Shown here: positions 62,901-64,000 of the stretch, one piece after another
How the letters are laid out: each line of letters begins with the position of its first letter
How positions within the stretch are numbered: the stretch's first letter is position 1
From: Macrostomum hystrix
Taxonomy: Eukaryota > Animalia > Platyhelminthes
DNA: 64,000 nucleotides
Reading direction: 5' to 3'
NCBI GenBank assembly: GCA_950097015.1
Contig: CATNEN010000003.1
Span: forward strand, 8,370,001-8,434,000
The notes under the pieces: model-generated
What the model was told of the DNA's origin: nothing
The model's database searches: none
What the model saw: only the letters and a program-made list of their open reading frames with translations
Position numbers and translations under genes: made by a program

Positions 62901-64000
62901 CTTTGAGTTCATTCGGAAGTGAACGACAAAAAAGTGTCGGCATTGGCGAGAACTGAAAAAATTAACTGTACCTCGCCAGTGTGTGTCGACGCAGGACGCC
63001 AGAAAGGTCATGCAGAATTATCCGTTCGAGGGGCCATCCGACAGCAGATCTTGGTATTTCTGTAAAGTGACATCACAGACTGCACCAGCTAGCTGCTGGG
63101 ACTCCATAACATTAAGTACTCGATCAGTATATACCATGCAGCATCGCGTGCTACACAGCAGTGTGCGTGTTGCAGCCTTTGATGACGCAGCGCGGAGGCT
63201 GTGGATCTGCGAGATTGTTCCTCTATGGCGTCGAAACCCATTTTGCTCATGCTGCGTCCAGAACCTACTGCAACGAAGTTTTAATTATTAGTAGCATATT
63301 TGATATTAATAGTCAACCGTGTACGACATATGGCGATGCCACGGTTATTCTTTATTCGGGCTTTCAGGGATTTTTGGAAAATGGTAGGATGCGTGCGAAC
63401 ATCCACTCTTACGGCACGACGCCGGTGTTTAACACAGTGTTCATCAGCACAGGGTCCTGGCTTGCCACCTGTGGAATGCGCAGTGGCTTCTATATTGCAC
63501 GGATTGAACGGACTTCCATGCATGTCTGGAACATTTTCCTGCTTCAAAACTTTTAACTGCTTTGCGTTTTTGCCAAGAATACTTATTCTTTGTAGATTTA
63601 TTCGCTTCTTTCATAAAAGATGCCGTGCTTGTTATCATCCATAAATTTTTGCGCGAAATTAAATTACATGCGTTTCTTATAATAACTTTACTGACTATGT
63701 GTCATTATTTGCCTCAGCCCTCAGACATTTTGACTAGTATGCCAGCTACGAATATTACCACTTTCTCTGAACCCAATTTAATGGTATTTTAATTTATTAC
63801 CAATTTTGTGTTGTTTTACATGTTCTACATTAGTTTTTCACTTCGAATGTAAAACTATGTAGACCCTCTGAGTCTCTGGCAATCGAAACTATTTCTACTA
63901 CTACTAGGGTAGTAGTCGCAGCATCGCTATCAGTCTATGACTGTACTAGATTTTCTATTGGCTTAACTTAATATAATAACATCTGTTTGTCTGCACCATA

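Noticed and set aside
61757-63792. Cluster of 70-130 aa ORFs
   Set aside because: No recognisable domain or consistent splice structure; may be a decayed element but cannot be supported

Overview
Animal genomic DNA with GT-AG introns, many of them filled by minisatellites, SINEs or MITEs. The style resembles a free-living flatworm such as Macrostomum, but that is inference only. Spliced genes I could assemble by hand are a CCDC33-like coiled-coil gene (-), a divergent 10-exon PP2A scaffold A subunit (+), a C2orf50/CIMIP5-like gene (-) and a 5-exon DEG/ENaC channel (+). There is also an orphan DEG/ENaC last exon and a Q-rich ORF pair. Four intronless PAN-like + C-type lectin paralogs (2 intact, 2 broken) share a near-identical central cassette with different N- and C-terminal modules. 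The most unusual region is 4.0-6.5 kb. It holds a full U2 snRNA gene with a changed branch-point recognition sequence (GUAGUU), a second U2 5' fragment fused to a triple zinc-finger ORF (Utopia-like U2-targeting element), and a 38-bp tandem array of antisense U2 5' ends. Other items are decayed EN/RT LINE fragments, a decayed AlkB dioxygenase domain abutting one of them, two tRNA-derived SINE families, several MITE/foldback elements, and four dispersed minisatellites sharing a TCTAACAG core. Homology calls come from recalled motifs, not database searches.
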